A program made the position numbers and the translations under genes. The notes under the pieces were generated by a model that saw nothing but the letters and a program-made list of their open reading frames with translations, was not told where the DNA came from and did no database searches. From an uncultured Rhodothermaceae bacterium (GTDB taxonomy: Bacteria > Bacteroidota > Rhodothermia > Rhodothermales > JAHQVL01): 64,000 nt of DNA. Of this stretch, positions 48,787 through 58,712 are shown in pieces. Numbering within the stretch: the stretch's first letter is position 1; each line of letters starts with the position of its first letter. Where the stretch lies: contig CAZGHT010000012.1 in the NCBI GenBank assembly GCA_964525535.1, positions 3,040 through 67,039 on the forward strand, given 5' to 3'.

Positions 48787-49845
48787 TTACAGAGACAACT
48801 CGGGAACGACTTCCGCGTCGCGCCGATGCGTACCGCTTTCAGACTCAGGAGCAAGGACCGTTTCGGACTTTGCCTCTTTGAAATAGTTAATGACTTGAAT
48901 CAGAATCTGGTCAATGTTGTACGTAGGCCGGTACCCGATCACCTGTTTTATCTTCTCGATATTCGGTGTTCTGCGTCGCATGTCTTCGAACCCGGGCCCG
49001 TAGGTTTTTTCGTACGGGATGTGCACGATCTCGGAAGCGCTCTCGGTCAGACGCTTGACACGCTGTGCGAGCTCATTGATCGTAATCTCCTGATCGTTGC
49101 CGATATTGAAGATTTGCCCTTCGGCTTCAGGGGTATCCATCAATCGCGTAATTGCGCGGACCGCATCGGCGACGTACGTAAAGCACCTCGATTGCTCTCC
49201 GTCTCCAAACACATGGATGGGCTCATTGCAGAGCGCATTCTGCACAAAGTTCGGGATGACCATCCCGTACCGCCCTGTTTGCCGCGGGCCTACTGTGTTG
49301 AAGAACCGGGATATGACAACGGGCAGGCGTTTTTCTTCGTAATACGCCAGGGCGAGAAATTCGTCGATGGCTTTCGAACAGGCGTAGGCCCAGCGTCTTT
49401 TCGTCGTCGGGCCCAGGGTCCAGTCATCGGTTTCACCGAGATTCTCGATGCCCTCGTCGGTTTCCATCCGCTTTCCGTACACTTCCGACGTCGAAGCCAA
49501 CAATACTTTCTTTTCGTAGTAACTGGCGAGCTTCAACACATTTTCCGTTCCTTGCACGTTGGTGATAATCGTCTCTACAGGCTGCTCCATGATAAGCCGA
49601 ACACCTACCGCCGCCGCAAGGTGAAAGATCTGGTCACATCGAGCGATCTGTTGCTCCAGCGTATGGTAGTCCAGAATATCCGCTACCGTGGATTCGAAGC
49701 GTTCGTGGTGAAACAGATGCTGTACATTCTCCAGGCGCCCCGTGGAGAGATTGTCGTACACATGTACGTGATGGCCCTGATCGATGAGGTAGTCAGCGAG
49801 GTGACTACCGATGAACCCTGCTCCTCCGGTGATTAGATATCTCAT
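48787..49845 (-). CDS. NAD-dependent nucleotide-sugar epimerase/dehydratase (extended SDR)
   Basis: ITGGAGFIGS, ASTSEVYG, YACSK, RFFNTVGPRQ, GDGEQSRCF. Confidence 0.88.
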   Translation of the reverse strand: MRYLITGGAGFIGSHLADYLIDQGHHVHVYDNLSTGRLENVQHLFHHERFESTVADILDYHTLEQQIARCDQIFHLAAAVGVRLIMEQPVETIITNVQGTENVLKLASYYEKKVLLASTSEVYGKRMETDEGIENLGETDDWTLGPTTKRRWAYACSKAIDEFLALAYYEEKRLPVVISRFFNTVGPRQTGRYGMVIPNFVQNALCNEPIHVFGDGEQSRCFTYVADAVRAITRLMDTPEAEGQIFNIGNDQEITINELAQRVKRLTESASEIVHIPYEKTYGPGFEDMRRRTPNIEKIKQVIGYRPTYNIDQILIQVINYFKEAKSETVLAPESESGTHRRDAEVVPELSL

Positions 49846-50237
49846 GATCACATTGTTTGGCTAAGTATGTTCAGCTAACTGCTGACGACCGGACCTCTCA
49901 GTTCCTCCTTTGCGCAGCGCGTGTGGGAGTTTCGATCATCCGTCTACAGCCCACCCATTCCATTCCGGCTGTGCTGCTTCAATCGTCTTGCAGTCTATAG
50001 ATCGGATAATTAGCTCGCTGCTTAAGCAAAAAATAAAAGATGCGCGATCTTATATAAGCGGTCCGGGAAGGATGACCTGATCATGAGGATACCCGGGGCG
50101 TACTCCACCAATCACATACCCTCGCCGAGAACCAAAAAAGCGCGACACGGAATCAGAGTTCGCTATGAGAATCTATCCGCATCGGTGCTTGTGTCATGTT
50201 CCCATCAAAGAACTGCCGTACTCCTTGGGTTGACGGA

Positions 50238-51344
50238 CTAAGCCGGCGATAACTTCAAGATCTGTTCCAGAATGTCCGCAATGCGTTTTGCCGCTTTTCC
50301 GTCCCATAAAGGCGGAATTTCTCCCGTTTTTTGATCTCCAGAGAGGATGGCCAATACACGTTCTGAGATTTTCTCAGGGTCGAGGTCGAACAACTCGTTC
50401 GTCCCTACTTCAATCGTTACGGGCCGTTCGGTAGAATCCCTCAACGTCAGGCAAGGCACTTGCAGGTACGTCGACTCTTCCTGGATGCCTCCGGAATCGG
50501 TGACGATGACGCGCGCATGATCCATCAAGTTGAGGAAATCGAGGTATCCCAGCGGTTCCGACACGGTCAATCCTGAAATGGCCGAGAGTCGATCTGCCAG
50601 TGAGAAGGACTGCAGGCGGGCCTGGGTGCGGGGATGCATGGGCAGCACGACCGGCGATACGTCAGCGATGCGTTCGATCGTTTCTACGACTTTTTCCAGT
50701 TGCTCGGGACGATCCACGTTGGCCGGTCGGTGCATCGTCATAAGGATGAATTCTTTGGGACGCACCCCCATCTCCTGCAGCGTAGCTCTTTTCGACGCCT
50801 TTTCCCGAAAGTGCACGAGGGAATCGATCATCACATTGCCGACGAAGAAAACTCGATCGTCCGATACTCCCTCTTGCTTGAGATTGTCCAGCCCGCTCTG
50901 TTCCGTCACGAACAGGTAATCCGAAATAGAATCCGTCACGATGCGGTTGATTTCTTCGGGCATCGTTTTGTCTCGACTACGCAGCCCCGCTTCGACGTGA
51001 GCGATCGGGATATGGCATTTCGAAGCGACCAGGCTGCAGGCTACCGTCGAGTTTACATCGCCGACCACCAGCACGAGATCCGGCTTGTGCTCCATGACCG
51101 CGCCTTCGAACGACATCATGATGCGCGCCGTCTGAGCGGCATGAGAGCCGCTGCCCACCCCGAGATAGATATCCGGTTCCGGCAACTCGAGCTGCTTGAA
51201 AAACACCTCGCTCATGCGCTCGTCATAATGCTGACCGGTATGGACAATTACGGACTGGATACCTCCGGATTGTTCAAAGGCACGGTGAAGGGGACCTATC
51301 TTCATGAAGTTCGGCCTGGCCCCTACCACATTGAATATTTTCAT
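50238..51344 (-). CDS. wecB: UDP-N-acetylglucosamine 2-epimerase (non-hydrolysing; WecB/WbpI-like)
   Basis: GARPNFMK, HTGQHYD, HVEAGLRS, MPEEINR, TDSGGIQEE, TERP. Confidence 0.88.
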   Translation of the reverse strand: MKIFNVVGARPNFMKIGPLHRAFEQSGGIQSVIVHTGQHYDERMSEVFFKQLELPEPDIYLGVGSGSHAAQTARIMMSFEGAVMEHKPDLVLVVGDVNSTVACSLVASKCHIPIAHVEAGLRSRDKTMPEEINRIVTDSISDYLFVTEQSGLDNLKQEGVSDDRVFFVGNVMIDSLVHFREKASKRATLQEMGVRPKEFILMTMHRPANVDRPEQLEKVVETIERIADVSPVVLPMHPRTQARLQSFSLADRLSAISGLTVSEPLGYLDFLNLMDHARVIVTDSGGIQEESTYLQVPCLTLRDSTERPVTIEVGTNELFDLDPEKISERVLAILSGDQKTGEIPPLWDGKAAKRIADILEQILKLSPA

Positions 51345-51719
51345 CGGTATAATGGGTTTGATTGGATCAAACTAACGACGTGAGACACGATGGATCCGTG
51401 CGCGGCTCTCGGTCCTCGCAGAACCTTGATCTATTAGTTTGACGTTCTTGGTGAAATGAATTCAACAGTGTGTACAAGCGATTCGAAGGGCAGCGTTCGT
51501 TAACTGGGTTCGCGAACAGAGTTTGTCATTCTTATTTGCTCATTCGGGCTATTGTGCCGAGATGCCAACTGGACGCCCGGGGATTGGATCTTCAACTCAA
51601 CACCTCCGATAACAGCAGAATGTTCCTTATGGGTTATATTACACAGTAGTACACGGTAACATTCGTTTCAAACTCGAGTGCCCCCATAAAGTCACCCAAC
51701 GTCAAATTCTATACTTTGC

Positions 51720-52607
51720 ATGAAAGGAATTATTCTGGCTGGAGGAAGCGGGACGCGTCTGTACCCGGTCACCCGCGTGTCGAGCAAGCAACTCCTCCCC
51801 GTCTACGACAAACCGATGATCTATTACCCCCTTTCCGTATTGATGCTGGCCGACATCAGGGACATCTTGATCATATCGACTCCCGAGGATTGCAGCCGGT
51901 TCGAAACACTTCTCGGTGACGGATCGAGCTGGGGGATGTCTTTTCAGTACGCGATTCAACCAAAACCTGAGGGACTGGCCCAGGCATTCGTCATCGGGGA
52001 GTCTTTTATCGGTGAGGATCCTGTTTGCCTGATCCTGGGAGACAACATATTCTACGGACGCGGCCTGAGTACTTTGCTGAAACACGCGCGGTCGCAGCGT
52101 GAGGGCGCCACGGTATTCGGCTATTACGTGAAAGATCCGGAGCGGTATGGCGTCGTGACGTTCGACGAATCCGGAAGGGTGATTGACATCGAAGAAAAGC
52201 CGGCACGTCCACGATCCAACTTTGCCGTCACCGGCCTTTATTTCTACGACAACGCCGTTATCGACATCGCCAGGAACCTGGCCCCTTCCGCCCGCGGGGA
52301 GTTGGAGATTACGGACGTCAATCAGACGTATTTAAAGCGGGGTAGTCTCCGTGTAGAGATCCTGGGAAGAGGGATGGCATGGCTGGATACAGGCACCCAT
52401 GAATCACTCCTGCAGGCGTCCAATTTTGTACAAACCGTAGAACACAGGCAGGGCTTGAAGATCGCATGCCCCGAGGAGATTGCCTTCAGAAAGCAGTGGA
52501 TCTCCCTCGAAGAACTTCGAAGCCTGGTTGTCCCTCTCAAAAAATCCACCTACGGCGCTTATCTGGCGATGATCTGTGAACAGGTTGAAAAAGGCCTTCC
52601 CCTGTAG
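51720..52607 (+). CDS. rfbA: Glucose-1-phosphate thymidylyltransferase
   Basis: [54 protein letters not shown]. Confidence 0.95.
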   Translation: MKGIILAGGSGTRLYPVTRVSSKQLLPVYDKPMIYYPLSVLMLADIRDILIISTPEDCSRFETLLGDGSSWGMSFQYAIQPKPEGLAQAFVIGESFIGEDPVCLILGDNIFYGRGLSTLLKHARSQREGATVFGYYVKDPERYGVVTFDESGRVIDIEEKPARPRSNFAVTGLYFYDNAVIDIARNLAPSARGELEITDVNQTYLKRGSLRVEILGRGMAWLDTGTHESLLQASNFVQTVEHRQGLKIACPEEIAFRKQWISLEELRSLVVPLKKSTYGAYLAMICEQVEKGLPL

Positions 52608-52622
52608 GACAGGGCCCCGGCG

Positions 52623-53894
52623 CTACGAATGGGCCATTTCAGAGGCTACATCCCGGGAAGAGGGATGTACGCCGACGATCTGCTCGAACAGCGTCCAGTA
52701 GGCTCTGGCTATTTCAGTACGATCGTAGCAACGATGGGCAAGCGCTTTACCGTTGTTTCCTAGCCGCTCGGCGTAATCGGGATCGCTGTACAACCGCAGT
52801 ACAGCATCAAGCAGGCCCTGGCTATCTTCCGGCGTGAAACAGAGACCCGCCTGCGCATCCTCTACGATCTCACGCGTCTCCCCCTCCAGGCCCAGCAGAA
52901 TGGGCTTTTGCATGGCCATCGCCTCAAATATCTTAGACGGGATGACGGTCTTGAATAACGGGGACGCTTTTAGGTGCACGACGCTTGCATCGGACAAGGC
53001 AAGCCAGTACCGTACGAGAGATCGGGGCTGTTTGTCGACGAGCCTCACATTCTCGAGCGGCTCCTCGGCCAGGCGTCGTTCCAGCGTGCCTCGCTCTGCA
53101 CCGGTTCCTACGATGACAAAGACGATCTCTTCGTGATTACACGCGCGAGCGGCGTCCAGCATGACGTCCACCCGATGTGCCATACCTATCGTACCGATAT
53201 AGGAGACGACAAACTTGTCCACCAGGTCATGATCACGGCGGATCTGCTCAAGGGTATGGTCATCCAGGGGTTCGTCGAAGGCCGACAAGTTCGCCCCGTT
53301 CTTGAGCACGCTGATCTTGCCGGGGGGAATCCCCTTTTCTTCGATAACCCGCTTGAACGACTCGGTGACGACCACGATATGATCGGCACGGTCGTATAAG
53401 AACCGCTCGATGCGCTCAAAGAAACGAATGATTCCGTTTCGTTTCATCGCCCCGACAGCGACGATGGACTCTGGCCAGAGGTCCCTGATCTCCAGTACGA
53501 ACGGGACTCTTTTCTTTCTGCTGATCACGTAGCCGGCGATCGCCGAGAAGAACTGGGGCGAACTGGCGACAACGAGATCTACCTTGCCCCGAACGCGCCG
53601 GCTATACCAGATCAGCGACGCCATGAAGGATACATAGCTCGCGATGCGTTTGACCGTGCCTTCGTTTTTTGTGATATACAGAGGCACGCGGACTACGTCA
53701 ATGCCTTCTACGTTTTCTTCGGAATAGGTATTCGAATACCCTTCGTAAACAATGCCTTCGGGGAAGTTAGGTACGTCGGTCATCACGACCACCTGTCGTC
53801 CATCTTCAACCCACTGCCTGGCGTGTTCGTACAGCCGGGTAGCCAGGGCATTCACTTCTGGCGGGAAATTATTGCCGATAAACAGGATACGCAT
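52623..53894 (-). CDS. Glycosyltransferase family 4, WbuB-like
   Basis: NFPPE, PNFPEG, EIRDLWPES, YIGTIGMAH, PSKIFEAMA. Confidence 0.85.
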   Translation of the reverse strand: MRILFIGNNFPPEVNALATRLYEHARQWVEDGRQVVVMTDVPNFPEGIVYEGYSNTYSEENVEGIDVVRVPLYITKNEGTVKRIASYVSFMASLIWYSRRVRGKVDLVVASSPQFFSAIAGYVISRKKRVPFVLEIRDLWPESIVAVGAMKRNGIIRFFERIERFLYDRADHIVVVTESFKRVIEEKGIPPGKISVLKNGANLSAFDEPLDDHTLEQIRRDHDLVDKFVVSYIGTIGMAHRVDVMLDAARACNHEEIVFVIVGTGAERGTLERRLAEEPLENVRLVDKQPRSLVRYWLALSDASVVHLKASPLFKTVIPSKIFEAMAMQKPILLGLEGETREIVEDAQAGLCFTPEDSQGLLDAVLRLYSDPDYAERLGNNGKALAHRCYDRTEIARAYWTLFEQIVGVHPSSRDVASEMAHS

Positions 53895-54044
53895 AGATAA
53901 CAAATCAGAATTGTGCGATACGATGTGGTTCCAAATGCGCCTGGCATTCGGCTACAGGCCGTACTGCACAAGACGTACCATCTTTGATCGAGAGACCGGG
54001 CTCATTTCGGCCGGGACGTGCATTTCGGGATACGAAGGCGATAC

Positions 54045-55181
54045 TTACTGAGCGGTTTGTTCCAGCAGCCGGAGGTACATACGGGCCACTTCATTCCAAT
54101 CCGGAAACTGCCGCACCCGCTCGCTCCCGATCTGCAGCTTTTCTTTCAAGGTGGCAGGGGATTCGTAGGCTTGCTCGAGCACCGATAAGATGTCCGGAGC
54201 AGACATCGGATTGAAGTAAAAGGCCGCGTCCGCACACACGTCATGGGCGAAGTCCCGGTCAGACGTAAAAACCGGCTTGTTGTAGTGCATGGCATCGACG
54301 TACGTGCCAGAGAACGACTCGAGCAGCGTAGGCAGCAACAGTCCGTCCGTAGCTTCGTAGAGGGCGGGCACCTCATCCATCGGAACAGGCCCGATGTTTT
54401 GCACGACTTCATCCAGGCCGAGGCGGTGCAATTCCCGCAACAGCTTTTTAGCGCCCGGGTGGTGATCTTCCGCTATCGTCGTGATGATCGTGAAGGGCTT
54501 CTTCTCTTCCTTGATGAGCCGGCCCAGCTCGATGAGAATTTCCAGATTCTTGTGCGGGTAATACCGCGTCAGGCACAGCAACTTCATGCGCGGATTCGAC
54601 CAGTCGAAGGCCTTGCGAGGCCCGCTGAGCGCATTGCTGAACTCGGGCAGCGCAACGGCTGTCGGTATGACATGCACGTCGTTGATTTCCGGATAATACT
54701 TTTTGAGGCGACGTGCGGAGGTGTCCGTCTGGGGCGCCACGACCGATGCATACTGCAGGCGCTTTCTGAAGGTCGCGATCTTTACCTGCCGCGTCCTGCG
54801 ATCGAACCAGGACATACGCTCCCAGATCTCCTCGTCAGGGTAGGTCGCATAAGGCCACATGAACAAGACGACTTGCTTGTGCTGCGAGGGCAACGCAAAA
54901 TTTCCCATGCTGAAGACGACATCTGGAGCAATTTTGTCGATCTCCTTCGCCAGGAAGAACCGGTCGATCGAGGGACGCAGCCACAGCCGGTTGAGATAGG
55001 ACGGAATATAATGGATCTCGATCAAATCGTCCGATTCAAACTGTTCATAACCGCAGTTCCCCGGCACGAAGACATCCAGTTTAACCCCGCTATGTTGCTG
55101 TTGGACAGCTCGCAAAAAGTTAAAAGCCACACTCTTACCGCCGGCGAATCGCAACCCTACTGCGTTTACAGCAATCCTCAT
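54045..55181 (-). CDS. Glycosyltransferase family 4
   Basis: GT-B C-terminal motifs YYPHKN and PTLLESFSGTYVDAM. Confidence 0.8.
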   Translation of the reverse strand: MRIAVNAVGLRFAGGKSVAFNFLRAVQQQHSGVKLDVFVPGNCGYEQFESDDLIEIHYIPSYLNRLWLRPSIDRFFLAKEIDKIAPDVVFSMGNFALPSQHKQVVLFMWPYATYPDEEIWERMSWFDRRTRQVKIATFRKRLQYASVVAPQTDTSARRLKKYYPEINDVHVIPTAVALPEFSNALSGPRKAFDWSNPRMKLLCLTRYYPHKNLEILIELGRLIKEEKKPFTIITTIAEDHHPGAKKLLRELHRLGLDEVVQNIGPVPMDEVPALYEATDGLLLPTLLESFSGTYVDAMHYNKPVFTSDRDFAHDVCADAAFYFNPMSAPDILSVLEQAYESPATLKEKLQIGSERVRQFPDWNEVARMYLRLLEQTAQ

Positions 55182-55191
55182 GTTTTTCCTT

Positions 55192-55983
55192 TTATTTGGT
55201 TAATACCAGGAAAGCAAGAGTCGGTCTGAGCTTTTTAATCGTCCCTTGTGCATGATAACGATAGTTCCATTGGAAGAGCCGGGCCATCAAAATATCCAGC
55301 TTGACCGCCGGGGTCGAATTGAATGCGGACTTACCGAACAGCGAAGCGGCCCGTCGAACGGGAGGGAACCCGCACAAGGTTTCTTTCCGAATCGTAAAAC
55401 CCGAATCTCGGACCATATCGCGCAATAGAGGGCGTGGAATACCGCGTTCTCTTTTGGTCAATCGATTGCGCGGGTAGCGCCAATCTCCCATCGAGACGAT
55501 CGGTTCACGAATCAACGCGACGCCGCCGGGCTCGAGAACTCGATAAAACTCCCGGATGGTATCCGACACGTTCGGTACGTGATGCAAAACCCCCATACAG
55601 GTAACCAGATCAAAGGCGCCGTCCTCGAAGGGCAACTCCCTTATCTCCGGCTTGACATACCGTACAGGGATCCCTTCTACATGCTCGGACCGCAACGCAT
55701 CAGACGGCTCTACAATGGTGATGGCTTCGATCTTCGACGCAATCGGCAACAATTCATCACCATACGCTCCTCCAAACGACAACACGTGCCGAATCGGTTT
55801 GTTCAGGTATTTATACCCTAGTTCTTTGTTGAGCGCGTGATGCCGAAATTGGTACGAACTGCGATCCGCCGCCCCCAGATTGGCATAAGCTTCGGCTTCG
55901 TCGGCAAACCATTCCTCAATTTGATCCATGTTGAAATCGTCGCCGTATAACTTACGACCTGATAGATACTCGTCTATAATCAT
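55192..55983 (-). CDS. Class I SAM-dependent methyltransferase
   Basis: VLSFGGAYG, LPFEDGAFDLV, VLHHVP, RVLEPGG. Confidence 0.82.
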   Translation of the reverse strand: MIIDEYLSGRKLYGDDFNMDQIEEWFADEAEAYANLGAADRSSYQFRHHALNKELGYKYLNKPIRHVLSFGGAYGDELLPIASKIEAITIVEPSDALRSEHVEGIPVRYVKPEIRELPFEDGAFDLVTCMGVLHHVPNVSDTIREFYRVLEPGGVALIREPIVSMGDWRYPRNRLTKRERGIPRPLLRDMVRDSGFTIRKETLCGFPPVRRAASLFGKSAFNSTPAVKLDILMARLFQWNYRYHAQGTIKKLRPTLAFLVLTK

Positions 55984-56051
55984 GATACACTATTGGGATA
56001 ACGATGAATAAAATGCAAAGGAGCCGTGTATACCAGACAGACAGCAACAGG

Positions 56052-57263
56052 TCAGATATTGGTGCGAGAAGTTCCTGTTGATGTAGGCGTTCGAAGGGCA
56101 TTTTTCCGTTCAAACGCTTGCCCGAGCAACAGAAAATACAATAAAGCCCCGTAGGTCAGTTTTGTCGTCTCATGGAAAAAACCGTATACAAACATGGCCA
56201 CTAAACCCGCCAGGATGTAGGGTTCGGTCCGGGCGTACGACTTCATCAAATAGAACCACATGAAGACGTATATGGTCAGCCCGATGACGCCTGTACGCAG
56301 CAGAATGTCCAGATATTGGTTGTGTGCAGAGCCTACGTGGGCGTCGTACAGGTGGATGCTACCAAAACCTGTTCCAATTAGCGGGCTCTTCTCAAAAACC
56401 GATATCGTCGACATCCAATACGAAAGCCGCACCTCAGCGGATTTGTCCGCGATATCCTGCCCCTTCAAGAATTGCGAGATCGGTTGCAACGTCCTGTCGT
56501 ATATCGTTAGAATAGCACTCTGGACTTCCGCATTTACGAGCACAACGACCACAAGGGCGAGCAGGGCAATGAACACATAATAGACGTTTTTTCCCGAGAG
56601 GCCGACCTGTTGACCTCCTCGCAACAGATTGGCCGTGAAGTAGGCAACAAAACCGACAGCCACGGCCAGGTAGGCCGACCTCGTGAATGACATGAAAATG
56701 CACGAGATCAACACAAAAAATACCGCAAAGTAGAGCTTGTGCTGGGAGGACTTGTGGACCGCGTAAAAGCAGGAGAATACGATCAGGATCAAATAACGCT
56801 GCGGCCAATCCGGAACGAATTCCCGCACCCCCATCTTCACGCCTCCGGGATTCGCGATCGCAAAGACCGGATTATTCCAGATAACGACCAGCACCCACAC
56901 AGAATACAGCGTGGTTGCCAGGAGGATGACGTCCAGTATATCTTCGATACTGTAGGGGAGTCGAACGAACACGAGGCTGAACGCCAGAAAAAACGCTCCG
57001 AAGCTGAACGTCTGGCGCAATAATCCTTCCACAGGACTCATGAAGAAGAACGTCCAGGCAAAGGCAAAAATGCAAAATGCACCAAAGATTGGGACAATAA
57101 ATGCAACCTGATGACCGCTTCGGTAGCGGCCTGACAGAAACAGGCCGGTGAAGAGGAAGTTGGCGGTCACCCCTCCGAGGGTCAGGGGAAGAAAACAGGC
57201 AAATAAGTACCCCTTCTGCAGAAGGCGCTTCACGACTGAATGGTCTATCCCGAAAACGCGCAT
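56052..57263 (-). CDS. Wzy polymerase / O-antigen ligase-family membrane protein
   Basis: About 11 TM segments; SFTRSAYL, R..YW, PLIGTGFG, SAHNQYLDILLRTGVIG. Confidence 0.8.
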   Translation of the reverse strand: MRVFGIDHSVVKRLLQKGYLFACFLPLTLGGVTANFLFTGLFLSGRYRSGHQVAFIVPIFGAFCIFAFAWTFFFMSPVEGLLRQTFSFGAFFLAFSLVFVRLPYSIEDILDVILLATTLYSVWVLVVIWNNPVFAIANPGGVKMGVREFVPDWPQRYLILIVFSCFYAVHKSSQHKLYFAVFFVLISCIFMSFTRSAYLAVAVGFVAYFTANLLRGGQQVGLSGKNVYYVFIALLALVVVVLVNAEVQSAILTIYDRTLQPISQFLKGQDIADKSAEVRLSYWMSTISVFEKSPLIGTGFGSIHLYDAHVGSAHNQYLDILLRTGVIGLTIYVFMWFYLMKSYARTEPYILAGLVAMFVYGFFHETTKLTYGALLYFLLLGQAFERKNALRTPTSTGTSRTNI

Positions 57264-57279
57264 ATCGTACGCTTCCTCA

Positions 57280-58671
57280 TTATTTGAAATAATGCAAGAT
57301 GTATCGATGTCTCAGCATCATTACAGAAAAATACACGGCGGCTACTGTTAGAATCGCTCCACCGACCCAGTTCGACTGAGTTCTGAACATCAGTTGCAAC
57401 GCCAGGGCGATCCCTATCCACGACAGGCTCCAGTATTTGAATGGCAGGCGCACTTCCACAAGGCTCGTTGCTTTCACCATCACAAACACGACCTGTACCA
57501 ACATGGCGCATACCTGGGCATACGCCAACCCCATAGTGCCGAACCAGGGGATCAGCAACCAGGCCAGGAATAACGACAGCAGGCTGATCGTGATATGAAC
57601 CAATGCGATAAAACCCGTTTTTTTGTGGTACCCGAGAATGTCGACCAGCACGATGTAAGCCCCCTGAAAGAGTACCGTCATGAGCAGGACCGGAAAGAGC
57701 TCTAGCCCACTCAGGTATTCTTCTTTGCCGATCAGTTGCAACAGCCAGGGGGCGGTAAATTGAACGGCTACCGCCGCGCATACCAGCGCAGCCAGCAAAA
57801 GCCGCGCTGTGCTGTCCAGGAACTTCTGGTCAAACTCACCCCTGCTTAGCCGTCGAAACAGTTCGGGGACATACACCTTTCCAAAGCCGGCGATAAGCAA
57901 GCTGAGGCCCAGGACAAGCCCCTGCACCATACCGAACACGCCGACGGCTTCCGTACTGACTCCGTCGTTCAAAAAAAGGCGCCCGCCGACGATGTAGACA
58001 TATCCGCTGAGACCGCTCAGCACTTGCGGCAATCCGAGAAACAACAACTCTTTACAAAGGGGCACATTGATGCGGAGCGTTCCCTTATACAAGAGCACAA
58101 CCGTAGCGATGAAAAACATACTGCCCGTCACCCAGGCAATGCTTCTGAGCACACCGAGCGCATCCGGGTTCATTCCAAAAATCAGGTACAGCGCTACGCC
58201 GGCAAAAATCAAAACCCGCAATCCGCTGTTCAGCCCTACGAACGCCAGTGGGCGACGCTCAGCGCGATATACCTGAGCCGCCAGCGTCAACAATGCAAAA
58301 CCGAAGAGTGAAATCAGGAGATAAAACGAAAAATCTCCGAGGGTATACGTGCTGAGACTGTACTCCGAGAGAGGGGAGCGGCTAACGATGCCCAGATAGA
58401 TCAGCCCCAGAGCGCTGCACACTACCAGCCAGACGAAGAACGCATTAAAATAGATCTCGCCCCTCATGTCCGACAGGTCGTAATAATATTTCATGATCCC
58501 CAGCGGTAAACCGAGTGCCAGCGCCCCTTGCAGCGTTTGAATGGTAGGGAAGAGAATAGCTACGACGCCGAAATCGGCCACAGACAGGTAATACCCATAG
58601 AGCGGAAAAAGGGCGAACAAAGACACTTTGCCGATGATCTCACCCGTCAAGTATATGATAGCAGCACGCAT
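57280..58671 (-). CDS. Wzx-type oligosaccharide flippase
   Basis: About 12 TM segments; YLSVADFG, AVGVFG, LLIPWFGTMGLA; position within the polysaccharide locus. Confidence 0.82.
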   Translation of the reverse strand: MRAAIIYLTGEIIGKVSLFALFPLYGYYLSVADFGVVAILFPTIQTLQGALALGLPLGIMKYYYDLSDMRGEIYFNAFFVWLVVCSALGLIYLGIVSRSPLSEYSLSTYTLGDFSFYLLISLFGFALLTLAAQVYRAERRPLAFVGLNSGLRVLIFAGVALYLIFGMNPDALGVLRSIAWVTGSMFFIATVVLLYKGTLRINVPLCKELLFLGLPQVLSGLSGYVYIVGGRLFLNDGVSTEAVGVFGMVQGLVLGLSLLIAGFGKVYVPELFRRLSRGEFDQKFLDSTARLLLAALVCAAVAVQFTAPWLLQLIGKEEYLSGLELFPVLLMTVLFQGAYIVLVDILGYHKKTGFIALVHITISLLSLFLAWLLIPWFGTMGLAYAQVCAMLVQVVFVMVKATSLVEVRLPFKYWSLSWIGIALALQLMFRTQSNWVGGAILTVAAVYFSVMMLRHRYILHYFK

Positions 58672-58712
58672 TCGTCAGAGGTCTCGCCTATCGTCTCCGG
58701 AGTATATCTCGT

